Under the pieces are notes generated by a model, which ran no database searches, had not been told where the DNA came from, and saw only the letters and a list, made by a program, of their open reading frames with translations. The position numbers were made by a program, and so were the translations under genes. DNA of 64,000 nucleotides, from assembly GCF_006345805.1 (NCBI RefSeq), contig NC_043005.1:6386001-6450000 (forward strand). The letters are read 5' to 3'. Each line of letters opens with the position of its first letter. Position 1 is the first letter of the stretch. This stretch comes from Octopus sinensis. Taxonomy: Eukaryota. Positions 1-13,454 of the stretch are shown piece by piece.

Positions 1-880
1 TGTATGTGTATGTATGTATGTATGTACGTATGTATGTAGTATGTATGTATGTACGTATGTATGTATGTATGTATGTATGTATGTATGTATGTATGTAGTA
101 TGTATGCATGTATGGTGTATGTATGTATGTATGTATGTTTGTATGTATGTATGTTGCATGTATGTATGTATGTATGTATGTATGTATGCATGTATTATGT
201 ATGCATGTATGTATGTAGTGTGATGTATGTATGTATGTATGTATGTATGTTGGTATGTATGACGTATGTATGTATGTATGTATGTATGTATGTATGTATG
301 TATGCAGTATGTATGTATGTATGTATGTATGTATGTATGTTTGTATGTATGTACGTATGTATGTATGTATGTATGTATGTATGTATGTATGTATGTATGC
401 ATGTATGTATGTATGTATGTATGTATGTATGTATGTTTGTATGTATGTACGTATGTATGTATGTATGTATGTATGTATGTATGTATGTATGCATGTATGT
501 ATGTATGTATGTATGTATGTATGTTTGTATGTATGTATGTATGCATGTATGTATGTATGCATGTATGTATGTATGTATGTTTGTATGTATGTATGTATGT
601 ATGTATGTATGTATGCATGTATGTATGTATGTATGTATGTATGTATGTATGTATGTATGTATGTATGTATGCATGCATGTATGTATGTATGTATGTATGT
701 ATGTATGTATGTATGTATGTATGTATGTATGTATGCATGTATGTATGTATGCATGTATGTATGTATGTATGTATGTATGTATGCATGTATGTATGTATGT
801 ATGCATGTATGTATGTATGCATGTATGTATGTATGTATGTATGTATGTATGTATGTACGTGTGTATGTATGTACGTATAC
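1..880. repeat. (TATG)n microsatellite
   Basis: Direct. Confidence 0.99.
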
Positions 881-3243
881 AAACATATATGAGTGTGTTT
901 GTGTGTTTATAGTTAGGCAGCGAAATAGATAGATAGCTAGATAGACAGACAGACAGACAGATAGAGACAGGTATATAGATGGGGAGATATCAATTCCAAC
1001 TGCATCCTTTAAAAAGAAAACCTAATTTACAGTTTTTATTTATTGTTTTTGCTTTCTTTTTTTTTTTTTACCAGGATAGTTATTTTCACCAGAGAATGGT
1101 CATTTCCTTCAGGAATATTTACAGGAAGAGAAACAAATTGTAGTGTGGGTGGCAGAGCGTGCACTTGAGACTTGAAAGAAAACAGCTAGGAAGCCCTGCC
1201 TGCAAGTTCTTTTTGCTTGCAGGAAAATTTACTGACGTCACCTAATGATTTCAAGAAAGCAATGAACGCAAACCATTCCCGTTTTCTCCTTCTTCCCTCT
1301 TCTCTCTCCCCCTCTCTCTCACACACACACACAATTTATAAATACATTAGAGTGTTACCATTGATGTGAAGGGTAACTCTGGAAGTTATATATTTACCAT
1401 CAAGGGTAATATCAGGAAATACAGCATACGTTATATATCAGAATTATAATTTGACTTTCATCAAATTTCTTGGTGCTTATGCATAATGACGAAAAAAATA
1501 TAAATTTGGTTGACGGAAACTGAATTGTGTGTGTGTGTGTGACAATCGGTGTTGATTTGTTTACTTCCCTGCAACTAGTAGTTTGGCAAAGCGACCCACA
1601 GAATAAATACCGGGCTTAGAAATCAGTACTGCGATCAACTTGTTCGATTAAAACCCTTCAAGGCGGTGCCCCAGCATGGCCGCAGCTCTATGACTGCATA
1701 AGTTCAAACTCTGCATAAGGAGTAGACAACCACCATATATATATATATATATATATTTCAGGATGGTCATTTCTTTTTGTTTTTGCCAAATAAACACACG
1801 CACTACATTTTCGTTCTTGACTATAGCTTTATTATTGTTTTTATTCTAGTATTTAGTCCAGAACGGACTAAACAGAGAATCGCCGAGGAAGCCACAGGAT
1901 GTGTAACGAAAGATTACAGGCGGAGGACACGAAAATAAGAACACTAAAGAAGAAATAAACTGACCATCCCGAAATGTAACAATATCTGTTTCAACACACG
2001 ACTTCACATCAAGAACCTTGCAACACAAATTCATAAACGTATACACGCATACATACAGACATACACACACACACACACACACAAACACATACATATAGGT
2101 GAATAACTTCGAGCTGTGCAGACTATACCGAATTGGCTCAGACCGATGTGGTTTGAACATCCAAGGCACTTTGGTTCTGGGGTACGTTGACCATCCAGGA
2201 AGGCAGTAGTAAAACGTGTGGCCATAGAGGAGTATCCAGGGCTCATAATCAGGACCCTTAGTGTGTAAGGAACTAAGGCCCAGCCCCAAACACTTGAATT
2301 AGGTAACGTGTGGTGCTGGCTCCTTTCGTGACGTTTCGGGCTTAGGTTCTTCGACAGTAAGTGACGAGAAGAAAAAAAAAACGGAGAGAGAAACAAGGGT
2401 GTCGAGATTAACAGTTTAACATGGTGAAAGAAGAGGCTGAGTAAAGGGGAGATAACAGTGACCCAACTGAACTGGGGTGCACAATCATGTGTATGTATGT
2501 CTATAATCGGTAGTTTTAAGAGTAACTCAAGGGCAGATAGTTTCGTGCATGACACAAAACTACTGGTCCTTACATCACATTAGTAATCTTTTGCCAATAA
2601 AAATGACACACACACTAAAGTATTGAGTTCTATTTTCGTGTTTGTTCAACCAGTCTCTATGCATACACACCCACGTATGTATATATGTAAACACACACCC
2701 ACAGCCCTTGTGCTAATGTAACATCATAGTAAATAAACTAGTTTTTCAATGCCACCTGCTTATAATTTATCTCCTCTTTCTTCTCCTCTCGCCCCTTCAG
2801 TCCCCCTCTTCCTCTTCACTACAAATTCTTCAGTCTACTCTCCTCCTCCTCTTCCTCCTGCCTCTTCTCTACCACCACCACCACCACCACCGCCACCATC
2901 ATTAAAATGGACGTCGGCGTCGTCTCAGTTTCTGGTTAGCCGACATCTTGAGTTTGACTTTTTATTCAAGAATTAATTAATTGACTCAACAACTTTTTGT
3001 AATTATGTGGCGGATGAATGGCCTTATACAATAAATGAATCACACGAGCGCGCGCGCACGCATACACACACACCAACACACTCACACACAAGCTTACTTA
3101 CAGCAGTGTCCCCCACCTCACCCCCAACGTCACCCCATAACGCAAACATACTAACTGGCTAGTCACGTGGTCTGACGCAACTTCCCATTCAATTCACCGC
3201 CATATCAAACTGTTTCATTGTTAGGGGGAGAAGGTCGAGACCA

Positions 3244-3245
3244 TC

Positions 3246-3278
<33 letters not shown>

Positions 3279-3512
3279 TTCATTATTATTATTATTATTA
3301 TATTATTATTATTTTATTATTATTATTATTATTATTTTATTATTAATAGTATTATTAGTATTATTATTATCATCATCATTATCATCATCATCATCATCAT
3401 CATTATCATCATCATCATCATCATCGTCGTCATCGTCATCCCCCACCTCAATAATCGTTATAATCACCATACTCATCATCACTATCACCATAACTATCAT
3501 CATCATCATCAC
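3244..3512. repeat. Compound (TTA)n/(TCA)n microsatellite
   Basis: Direct. Confidence 0.97.
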
Positions 3513-3974
3513 CATCGTCGTCGAACGTCTTTGTCACCGTTCAAGATACTAATGATAGCAGCCAAATCTTCGTCAGATCACGCGCTACCATCTCTAAAAA
3601 TGAATAACTCGTTGGATGATGCCGTTCTAAGCACACTATGCATGTAGAATAAAAATAAAGGGCAGGGTGTTCATGGGTGGAACGCTTTTGATCATAAGTC
3701 TATTCTATCATAGCTGACCCATTATAATGGAGCGAAATAAAGAGTAAAAACTGCGACTGTTTTATTGATTTCATGTATTTTAGGTATTTGTTTCAATCAT
3801 TTCTTGGTAGCAAGATTACGAACGAAAGCATCTTGTGTTAAGCACCATCCTTAAAATCTTGAGAAGGTCTCGCAGATTTTTGTAGTCCTAGATATTGTGA
3901 CCATTTGTGTGTGTGTATGTATGTATGTACAAAGTGAAATACCACCACCATCACCTTTATATATAATCCTTTCT

Positions 3975-4350
3975 ACAATAGGCTCGGAAGGTTTTTGGGT
4001 GGGAGGGGGCCAGTCGATTAGCTCGACCCTAGTACGCAACTGGTACTTAATTTATCAACTCCGAAAGGATGAAAAGCAAAGTCGACCTCGTCGGAATTTG
4101 AACTCAGAACGTTAAAGGCAGGCGAAATACCTATTTCTTTACTACCCACATGGGGCTAAACACAGAAGGGACAAACAAGGACAGACAAACGGATTAAGTC
4201 GATTATACCGACCCCAGGCGTAACTGGTACTTATTTAATCGACCCCGAAAGGATTTAAGGCAAAGTCGACCTCGGCGGAATTTGAACTCAGGACGTAGCG
4301 GCAGGCGAAATACCGCTAAGCATTTCACCCGGCATGCTAACGTTTCTGTA
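3975..4350 (-). mobile_element. SINE-A dimer (second unit with the alternative short tail)
   Basis: Same junction at ~4125-4140. Confidence 0.85.
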
Positions 4351-4915
4351 TTGAGCTGTATTTAATAACCAGTTGATCTGGGAAACGGGGCCTCATATCA
4401 GTGAGGGGGACCGGTGCACATTGATGCTATCGAGAGGTAGGCCCCGAAACGGCGCGCATTCTCTCCTGATGTCTCCATACACTTGCTGGCTTCCGGTATG
4501 CGGAGTTCTCGACTGGTAGCACTTGCACGTACAAGTTTTTGCAAAACATCTAAGAAGTTAAAATGAAGTTGGTATCAACCACACGACTCTACTTTTTTTT
4601 TCACCGTGGTGGTGTTTGACAAGTTTAAAAGGTTTTAAAACTATTTTTATTCTATTAAACATAATAATTTGTCTACTCATTTATTTTTACGAATCTGAAC
4701 AGGCCTTCCCTCCCCAAGGACTGCACACCCTTTTCTATGAGAAATATTAACTCAGGGTGTTTGCCATTGGAGATTTTTATGTGCTTTTTGGGTTTGGCTT
4801 AGAAACAATGGAATTCTTTGACGGACAGAAAAGAAAAACAAAAACAAAATTTAGCCCAGCTGCAACTCATATCCTACATTGCCCCGGATATTTACTAGTT
4901 ACACATTGTTTCAAT

Positions 4916-4917
<2 letters not shown>

Positions 4918-4966
<49 letters not shown>

Positions 4967-5009
4967 TATATATATATTATATATATATATATATATACAC
5001 ACATGTATA

Positions 5010-5077
<68 letters not shown>

Positions 5078-5112
5078 GTATATATATATATATATATACA
5101 CATGTATATATA

Positions 5113-5160
<48 letters not shown>

Positions 5161-5207
5161 TATATATATACACATGTATATATATGTATATATATATACA
5201 CATATAT
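4918..5207. repeat. (CT)n + (AT)n microsatellite
   Basis: Direct. Confidence 0.97.
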
Positions 5208-5347
5208 TAGAAGTTAGGGTGTTGCACTCACGATCGCTAGATCACGGTTTCGATTCCCAGACCGGCTGTGCATTGTGTTCTTGAACAAAACACTTCATTT
5301 CACATTGCCACAGTCTACTCGACTGCAAATGAGTACCAACATAGTGA

Positions 5348-5400
<53 letters not shown>

Positions 5401-5830
5401 CTCCACATCCTGGATACGCCGTTGGGTGAAGGACTGCAGTGTTTATCTTGTCGTTCCCGCGACTGATTGCAATCACAACGCAAGTGAAATAAACCACAAA
5501 CGTAAGCCATGGCGAAACCCATTTTTTATCCAAACCTCAGACAACTCCAGTCTCTGCAATACACAATACAATACAACAAACACAATCACAACAAACCATC
5601 ATATATACGTGGTGAACAGCGAGAAGGAATACGATGACCTGCTTATCTATTCTTAGCGCGTTTTCGCAGATTCGAAGATAAACATGCGAAACACTATTGT
5701 ATTTCTTAACTGGAGAACAGCCTCCCCACGACGACAAATGTGATCGTAATGCATTCGACCTATAAGCACAAGGGATTATGGGACAGCTGGTGTTTTGACA
5801 CCGCTGTGTCTAATATACAGGCACAATTAG

Positions 5831-7672
5831 GGCAGCGAACTGGCAGAATCGTTAGTAAACCGGGCAAAATGTTTAGCGATAGCCCATCCGTTTTTTACGT
5901 ACCGTGAAATGGGATAACTTTGAATAAGATATAATATTTTGTTTCTTCTTATTGCTTGTTACTAAAATTTCTTACAGAATTGTTTAAATGTGTTGTTACA
6001 CTTTAGAATTATACTTCTATGATAATATAATTTGCAATATAAAAAGTAAAATTTATAAATATAACTTAGATTATCCACTCAAAGAAAGAATTTGTCAACT
6101 CCTTCAAATTCCCGCAAAAGAAACATTTTTGCAAGAAATGAATACTTTTGTCTGTAGCTAAAGTACTTCTTGCATAAAAGATACAAGATTCTGTTAAAAA
6201 TATGATGTTAATATATCTAGTTAATAATTTTCTATTGAAATGTTTTTATAACTTTGGTATCTGTAAAAACTTGTATAACATTACATCTCCCCCCCCCCGA
6301 TTATCCAGATGAACCAGATCACTGTTTCCGGCAGTAAGCAAGCTACTACCACCCAATTCCACACGTATACTTCAACCACTTGACATGGTATTCTATGGGC
6401 CTCTTAAAAAACGTTGGAGAAAAATCTTAAATGATTGAAAGACTTATGGCAGGAAGAACTCGAAGACCTCAACCAAAGATGCTTTTCCTGCTCTGCTCAC
6501 ACAGCTGCATGCTGCCCTCTTTCCTGGCGGTGTCAATCACAGCAAGAATCTGGAAAATGGGTTCATGAAATGTGGAATTCACCCTTTTCATTCAGACAAA
6601 GGTTTGGATCAGCTACCAGACCGTGAAATGAGCAAAGATGATGATGAAGTCATCAATGTAAGAGTTTTGGATGTTGTGTTGGGAATGCTAAAGTCAATGA
6701 AAGCAGTGGATGAAAGCAGATGAAAGAAGAGACGTTACCCCTGGCAAAAGTATAAGTGCTGAGGACATCAGGGCTTCTGGTAGTGAAATGATGGCCACCA
6801 GTTCATCAACAGTTTTAGAGAAGTATGAAGAAAGAGAGCAGCAAGAGAATTTGCATGATGAAGAGCTAAACTCCTGTGGATAGTGATGTTTCTATGAATG
6901 ATTGTGACAGGCACTCCAGTACTTCAGACAGGACAAGAGCAGAAAACACAGAAAGACAAAAGTAGCTTTGTTGGAAACTTTGTCATTGTGGGATATGAAG
7001 GGCAAACATTTCCTGGTCAAGTGATCTCAACAGGAAATGATGGAGCACTTGTGTCATCATTGACAAAATGTAAAAAGATAAAAAGGATGGAGGTGGCCAC
7101 TGAAGGAGGAGAAACTCGTCTACGACTGGGAAGATGTGGAGGAAATGAACAACAGGGGTTTCTATCGACTCCCTAACCTTAAACAAGAATGGGGAATATA
7201 AAGTGTGACTTACTGATAACTGTGTGGCATTTTCTTTAGTGCTGTAACACTTAAAGCTGTCCATTGGCTTTCTTTCGTATTTGTTAATGAAAAACATTAC
7301 TGTTCAAAGGAACCCCGAATCAAGGGTTTACTTTGAACAGCGACAATTATATTTTAAAAAGCGATCAAATATTGACTGCAGCTTATTTTTATTTCATATA
7401 TCAGTTTACCTATTTAGTCCCCCTAAACATAGTCAAATTTAGTTAAGATTGAAAATAGAATGTTATGAAATTATTGCAATAAGAAGTCTAAAACTGTTCA
7501 AAGGAAACCCGTTTCACGGTATCGAGTTCAAAATTCCGCCGAGGCCGCCAACTTTGCCTTTCATCCTTTCGAAGTCGATAAAATAAGTACCAGCTGAGCC
7601 CTGGGGTCGATGCTATCGACTTATCCCCCTCCCCTCAAATTGCTGGCCCTGTGCCAAAATTTGAAACCAATA
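5831..7672 (+). mobile_element. SINE-A monomer split by the pogo insertion
   Basis: Head at 5831-5901 and body at 7520-7672 are contiguous once the insert is removed. Confidence 0.75.
5902..7519 (+). mobile_element. pogo/Tigger-like transposon, internally deleted, nested in a SINE
   Basis: TA-flanked imperfect TIRs CCGTGAAATGGGATAACTTTGAA / TTCAAAGGAAACCCGTTTCACGG. DDE_1 remnant LLPPNSTRILQPLDMVFYGPLKKRW at ~6340-6420. The SINE-A sequence resumes across the TA duplication. Confidence 0.85.
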
Positions 7673-8218
7673 TATAAGCACAACTACACTGTAAGTGGCT
7701 ACCCCTCCCTTATAATACCGATTTCGTTTCCTTATAACTTTCTGAAAAATGCGAAGGTATCGATTGCAATTATGGCGATATCCTTGTTGCTTTATCCCTT
7801 CTAAAAGTTTTGAATCAATCTTCTCTCCTCGTCTCGATTTTGATTCTTCATAACTCTCTTTAAAATGCCTATTTTTAAACGAGATTTTGCAGAAATATAT
7901 TTTCCAGAGTAGATGATATAATGTTGATGTTTCAAAATATAAAAAGAAATAAGAAGGGAAGTACTAAAGTTACGGAAAGTGTTGGTAACGATGCTGGGTA
8001 GAGTGAGCGGGTAACACGATCCCAAAATCCCTCCCCGCCTTTCTTTTTCTAAATATACCTGCTTAATCGTAATCTACACCCTTAAAAACATATTTCTTCT
8101 GAATTTCAATACAAAATATGTATTTTTCAGACTAATGGAAAAAAGTCGGTGGCGATGCACCAAACTGTACTTAGTTATGTATATGCGCACGCGTTCACTC
8201 ACACACACACACGTGTGT

Positions 8219-8250
<32 letters not shown>

Positions 8251-8425
8251 ATTGAATATCATAATGTAATGTAAGTATTTGAAGAATTTTAATGGCTATT
8301 GTTAATTCTATGTCATGCTACTAAAAATACGAAACTGATTTCATACGGAAAAAAGAGGATTGTTTACAAAGACTTAGCACTCACTATGGCGAACTGCAAC
8401 AACCATCGTCTTATTAATATCTGTT

Positions 8426-8630
8426 AAGTTGGCGAGCTGGCAGAACCGGTAACACCGCGACCAAAATGCTTAGCAGCACTTCGTCCGTTTTTACGTTCTG
8501 AGTTCAGATTCGGCCGAGGTCGAGTTTGTCTTTCATCCTTTCGGATACAAAATAAGTCAATAAAATAAGTACCAGTTGAACACTGAGGTCCTCCCCGTTG
8601 TTCCAAAATTTGAAATCAGTCGAAGTATAT
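8426..8630 (+). mobile_element. SINE-A monomer
   Basis: Head + GAGTTCAGATTCGGCCGAGGTCG body. Confidence 0.8.
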
Positions 8631-8635
8631 TGTTA

Positions 8636-8687
<52 letters not shown>

Positions 8688-8744
8688 TAAACCCCCTCAT
8701 TTCCATCATGCCATAGTCTCATGTCTCATAGTTCGTAGTTTTGC

Positions 8745-9045
8745 AAGCTGTATGGCGACCTTACTTGCATGGGTGACGCGAGACGAGCGAAGAACTCAGT
8801 AGATGGTCGGCATTAGGGAAGACTTACAGCCATTGAAACCACGCCAAAGTGGACAATAGAGTAGTTAGAATATGTGCGGCCCTGATGAAAGCTTTGTCCG
8901 GGTCAGACCACCTCGCCTTACTCGCCCCCCAGCTCTTCCAGCTATGGCTGCTGCAGTGAAAAACGATGCAGTCCTCGGATGCGTCGAAGCCTGTCAAATC
9001 GCCCGACCCATACCAACAAGGAAGATGGCCGTTAAAAACGATTAC
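8745..9045 (+). mobile_element. Old diverged SINE/LINE 3' portion (possibly RTE-type tail)
   Basis: GGTCGGCATTAGGGAAG... and ACCCATACCAACAAGGAAGATGGCCGTTAAA resemble RTE-related 3' ends; heavily diverged. Confidence 0.35.
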
Positions 9046-9447
9046 GCCCACGCATGCGCACACACACGTGCTTATGAATATTTATGTTTGCGCATGTGCG
9101 TGTGTGTGAGTAGAAGTACATTTACACATACACACCATCTTTATATCGTATAAAACTGAAACATCCTTGCATAGAACGTGTATATATCTACACAAACATA
9201 CACGTATTGGTGCATGGATATATATGTATGCGTGATCGTATGTAAGCACGCGTGTACCGGCACTCGAAAACAAAATAGCGATAGTCGGTTTATTATCGGA
9301 AATCATTTTATATTATTTACTCTCTGATCTCCACCAAGAGCTTTCAGTCCTTTTTTTTCTTCTTTCATCCACCCTAACCCCTTCTTATCTAACCCTGCCC
9401 CCTTTCTATCACTTTTTCTCCTTCCCTTCATCCATTTTCATCTCTCT

Positions 9448-9541
<94 letters not shown>

Positions 9542-9682
9542 AACATTTTGTTAATCAAATAATAGTCGGCTGCGAAGCTCCAGTTTCATATTCACCACCA
9601 TTAATTGATATAAACAAGGAACGGTTGATATATATATATATATATATATATTCACACACACACACACACACATACATACACA

Positions 9683-9743
<61 letters not shown>

Positions 9744-10240
9744 GATAGATAGATAGATAGATATGTATGAATGTATGTATGTATATATATTGATATTGAT
9801 ATATATGGATTTCCACCGCTGTTGCTTGTTTACATTATTAGTATATTTATCATATTACATTATTACATTACAGCGGAGTCTCGTGTTAGCATAATAATAA
9901 TAATAATAATATCGATCCGTTGCAATGGACATGTAGAACCAGGAGAGCAGGAGAGAAGATACAGTTGATAACAAACGACCGGCCACAATATGATATTACT
10001 GCAGTGGATTCGACTTTGGGGAATTGGCGAACGTGACCCTAATAAGCCCAATGGTAGATTGATCTAATTTGTTTTCAATAGCTATTCGTGCGTTGCCTGA
10101 TGTTTACTCTCGTGTATACATATCAATGTCCACGCATGAAGATACACACACAGAGTCCCCAAACCCCATTTGTGTTCCTATTTAAACCAACGCACATCTG
10201 GAACCAGTCCCGCGTTGGATCAACGGTTTAAATTGGATTT

Positions 10241-10637
10241 AAGGCGGCGAGCTGGGAGAAACGTTAAGCACGCCGGGCGAAATGCGTAGCGGTATTTCGT
10301 CTGCCGTTACGTTCTGAGTTCAAATTCCGCCGAGGTCGACTTTGCCTTTCATCCTTTCGGAGTCGATAAATTAAGTACCAGTTTCGCACTGGAGTCGATA
10401 TAATCGACTTAATCCGTTTGTCTGTCCTTGTTTGTCCCCTCTATGTTTAGCCCCTTGTGGGAGGTAAAGAAATAGGTATTTCATCTGCCGCTATGTTCTG
10501 AGTTCAAATTCCGCCAAGGTCGACTTTGCCTTTCATCCTTTCGGGGTCGATTAAATAAGTACCAGTTATGGACTGGGGTCGATGTAATCGACTTAATCCG
10601 TTTGTCTGTCCTCTCTGTGTTTATTAGTAAAGAAATA
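10241..10637 (+). mobile_element. tRNA-derived SINE-A, head-body-body dimer
   Basis: GGCGGCGAGCTGG head and GAGTTCAAATTCC B-box-like motif; 16-bp TSD GGTTTAAATTGGATTT (10225-10240 and 10638-10653). Confidence 0.9.
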
Positions 10638-10774
10638 GGTTTAAATTGGATTTGGTGTTAGCATATCTACAGTATGAGACCTTCGTGATTGCTTTACTTC
10701 ACTGTGAACCCTACGTAACTGTACCTAGCCATTTGTATGTACTGATGCGCCTTGATCCTGATAATTCCTATTAA

Positions 10775-11045
10775 ATAAATAAATAAATAAATAAATAAAT
10801 GTGCCCTTTTAAAGCCTAGCCAGGCTCATGGGCCCGGTTTCCCGGTTTCTATGGCGTATGTGTTCCCCAGCTGGACGGGACGCCAGTCCATTGCAGCGTT
10901 ACTCCTTTTTGCCAGCTGGGTGGACTGGAGCAACGTGGAATGAAGTGTTTTGCTTAAGAACACAACATGCAGCCCGGTCCAGGAATCGAAACCACAATCT
11001 TACGATCATGGTGCTGACACCCTAACCACTAAGCCACGCGCCTCC
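10775..11045 (-). mobile_element. SINE-C (tail type 2, V-SINE-like GGACTGGCGTCCCGTCCAG motif) with (ATTT)n tail
   Basis: A box TGGCTTAGTGG, B box GGTTTCGATTCC; shared core with a different 3' part. Confidence 0.8.
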
Positions 11046-11214
11046 ACACAAGATTTTTACCTGAATCTTATTTAACATCAACCAATTCAGACATCCAAAA
11101 ATTCTAAAAACTGTCTCGACCTAAACAAAAGGGTGTTGCTACTCTGTTAGCGACCAGTTTGGATTCTGCAAAGGAAAAATCTTAAAATAAAATCTCAAAG
11201 AAATATACGTCTGC

Positions 11215-11545
11215 ATGAGTTAACTGGCTCTCCGTCGGTTGCGACGACGAGTGTTCAAGCTGATCCGATCAACGGTACAGCCTGCTCGTGAAATTAACGT
11301 GCGAAGTGCGAACGGCTGAGTATTCCACAGACACACATACCCTTCGCAGAGTTCTTAAGGAGATTCAGTGTGACACAGAATGTGACAAAGCTGGTCCCTT
11401 TGAATTACAGGCACAACTTATTTTTGCCAGTTGAGTGGACTGGGGCAATGTGAAATAAAGTGTCTTACTCAAGGACACAACTCGTCCTCGGGAATCGAAC
11501 TCACAACCTTACCATCGTGAGCCGAATACCCTAACCATTAAGTCA
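11215..11545 (-). mobile_element. SINE-C (tail type 3)
   Basis: Same head and core; distinct 3' domain (...CACGAGCAGGCTGTACCGTTGATCGGATC...). Confidence 0.75.
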
Positions 11546-11569
11546 CAGACCTTCACTACATACATACAG

Positions 11570-11843
11570 ACAGACATACATACAAACATACATGCATGCA
11601 TGCATGCACACATGCATGCGTGCATTCATAGATGCATACATGCATCCATACATACATGCATCCATACATACATATATACATACACACATACATTCATGTA
11701 TACACGCATACATACATATACCCACACACACATACATAAATACATACATACACACATACATACATACATACACACACACATACATACATACACACACACA
11801 CATACATACATACATACACACACACATACATACATACACACAC

Positions 11844-11878
<35 letters not shown>

Positions 11879-11935
11879 TACATACATACATACGTACATA
11901 CATACGTACATACACACATACATACACACACACAT

Positions 11936-11985
<50 letters not shown>
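11570..11985. repeat. (CATA)n/(CA)n microsatellite
   Basis: Direct. Confidence 0.97.
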
Positions 11986-13048
11986 GTAACAGTAGCTGAA
12001 CCAACAGTTGTTTTTTTGCTAGAGGTGAATACCTTCTCGGCAGCATACACCACCTACGTCATCCATCAGCTCCCTCTCTCTTCCTTTACAAACACACACA
12101 CACACACACACACACAGACACACAATCACACACACGCACACACACAGCTACACGGATCTATTTTCGTAGAATAACAACGCCTAAATATAAATACACACGG
12201 GGACGTGTGTTACTAGTTATAGAGCAGCATGTAACCATGATGGAGAAAAAGCAGATACAAAACACACACACACACACACAGAGCAGTAAAACTTGAAAAT
12301 GTGCCCATATGATATCATCACTAAAATACTAAAATAAAAAAAAAAGGAAAGCCAAAATATAAATTTATAAAAAAAAAAAATGAAAAAGTCACGTGCGCAG
12401 ACGATGATGAAGTATGAGTGATGTTTTTATTCTGTTTATATTTATAATTTATTTATCACCTTTATTGTTAATTTACTATTATTATTATTATTATTATTAT
12501 TTGGAGAGCTTCGCTCGTTGTTTGTCTTCAAACAAAGAAGCGTGCTGCTGTCAAAACCGCAGTCATATTCACGGTTTCATGTGACATTCATACATTTATT
12601 TACTCGGCCATTATATATATTCACTCATTCATTATTGATAATTATATAAAAATAAATAAAAACAAATAAAAACAATTTGGCGGGTGGGTAGGAAAATGTC
12701 AGATTTAGCTATCGGGTTTGGCAGGTTTGAAACCCAGGGCGTTATAATCTAGGGAGCTTTCAGCCAAGTTGTGTAATGTTTTTGACACTGTCATAAGGCC
12801 CCTAGGGAAGATGGTGGTGTAAGTCTCATTAGCAGAACAGCCTAGGGCTTCCCTTCATCTAAATCTGTCACTGGGATGGGAGGAAAAGTCGGCGAGATGA
12901 AAGGACTAACAAATAAATAAAGAGACGTCTGTTTTGTTTTGTTTATATCGAAAAATTTATTTGTTGTGAGCGTTTAGTTGTGATTTACTGCCGGTAAATT
13001 GTGTCAGCGATTATGGTTCGATTCCCGGTTCAATTATCCCAACATATG

Positions 13049-13454
13049 CTCTTTTACTCTCTCCTTTACTCTTTTACATGTTTCAGTCATTTGACTGCGG
13101 CCATGCTGGAGCACCGCCTTTAGTCGAGCAAATCGACCCCGGGACTTATTCTTTGTAAGCCCAGTACTAATTCTATCGGTCTCTTTTGCCGAACCGCTAA
13201 GTGACGGGGACGTAAACACACCAGCATCGGTTGTCAAGCAATGCTAGGGGTACAAACACAGACACACAAAGACATACACATACATATATGTACATATATA
13301 CGACAGGCTTCTTTCAGTTTCCGTCTACCAAATCCACTCACAAGGCATTGGTCGGCCCGGGGCTATAGCAGAAGACACTTGCCCAAGATGCTACGCAGTG
13401 GGACTGAACCCGGAACCATATGGTTGGTTAGCAAGCTACTTACCACACAGCCAC
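13049..13454 (-). mobile_element. SINE-B, full length
   Basis: Reverse complement of the family structure. Confidence 0.9.

Noticed and set aside
1-932. Long ORFs (MYVC/HTYI repeats, up to 287 aa), and similar YIYI, LSIY, ERER and CVCV ORFs throughout the window
   Set aside because: They are translations of microsatellites that lack stop codons.
4378-4456. GGGGCCT/AGGCCCC stem followed by GAAAC (hammerhead-like)
   Set aside because: The upstream core (CTGGGAAAC) does not fit, and stems I and III cannot be formed.
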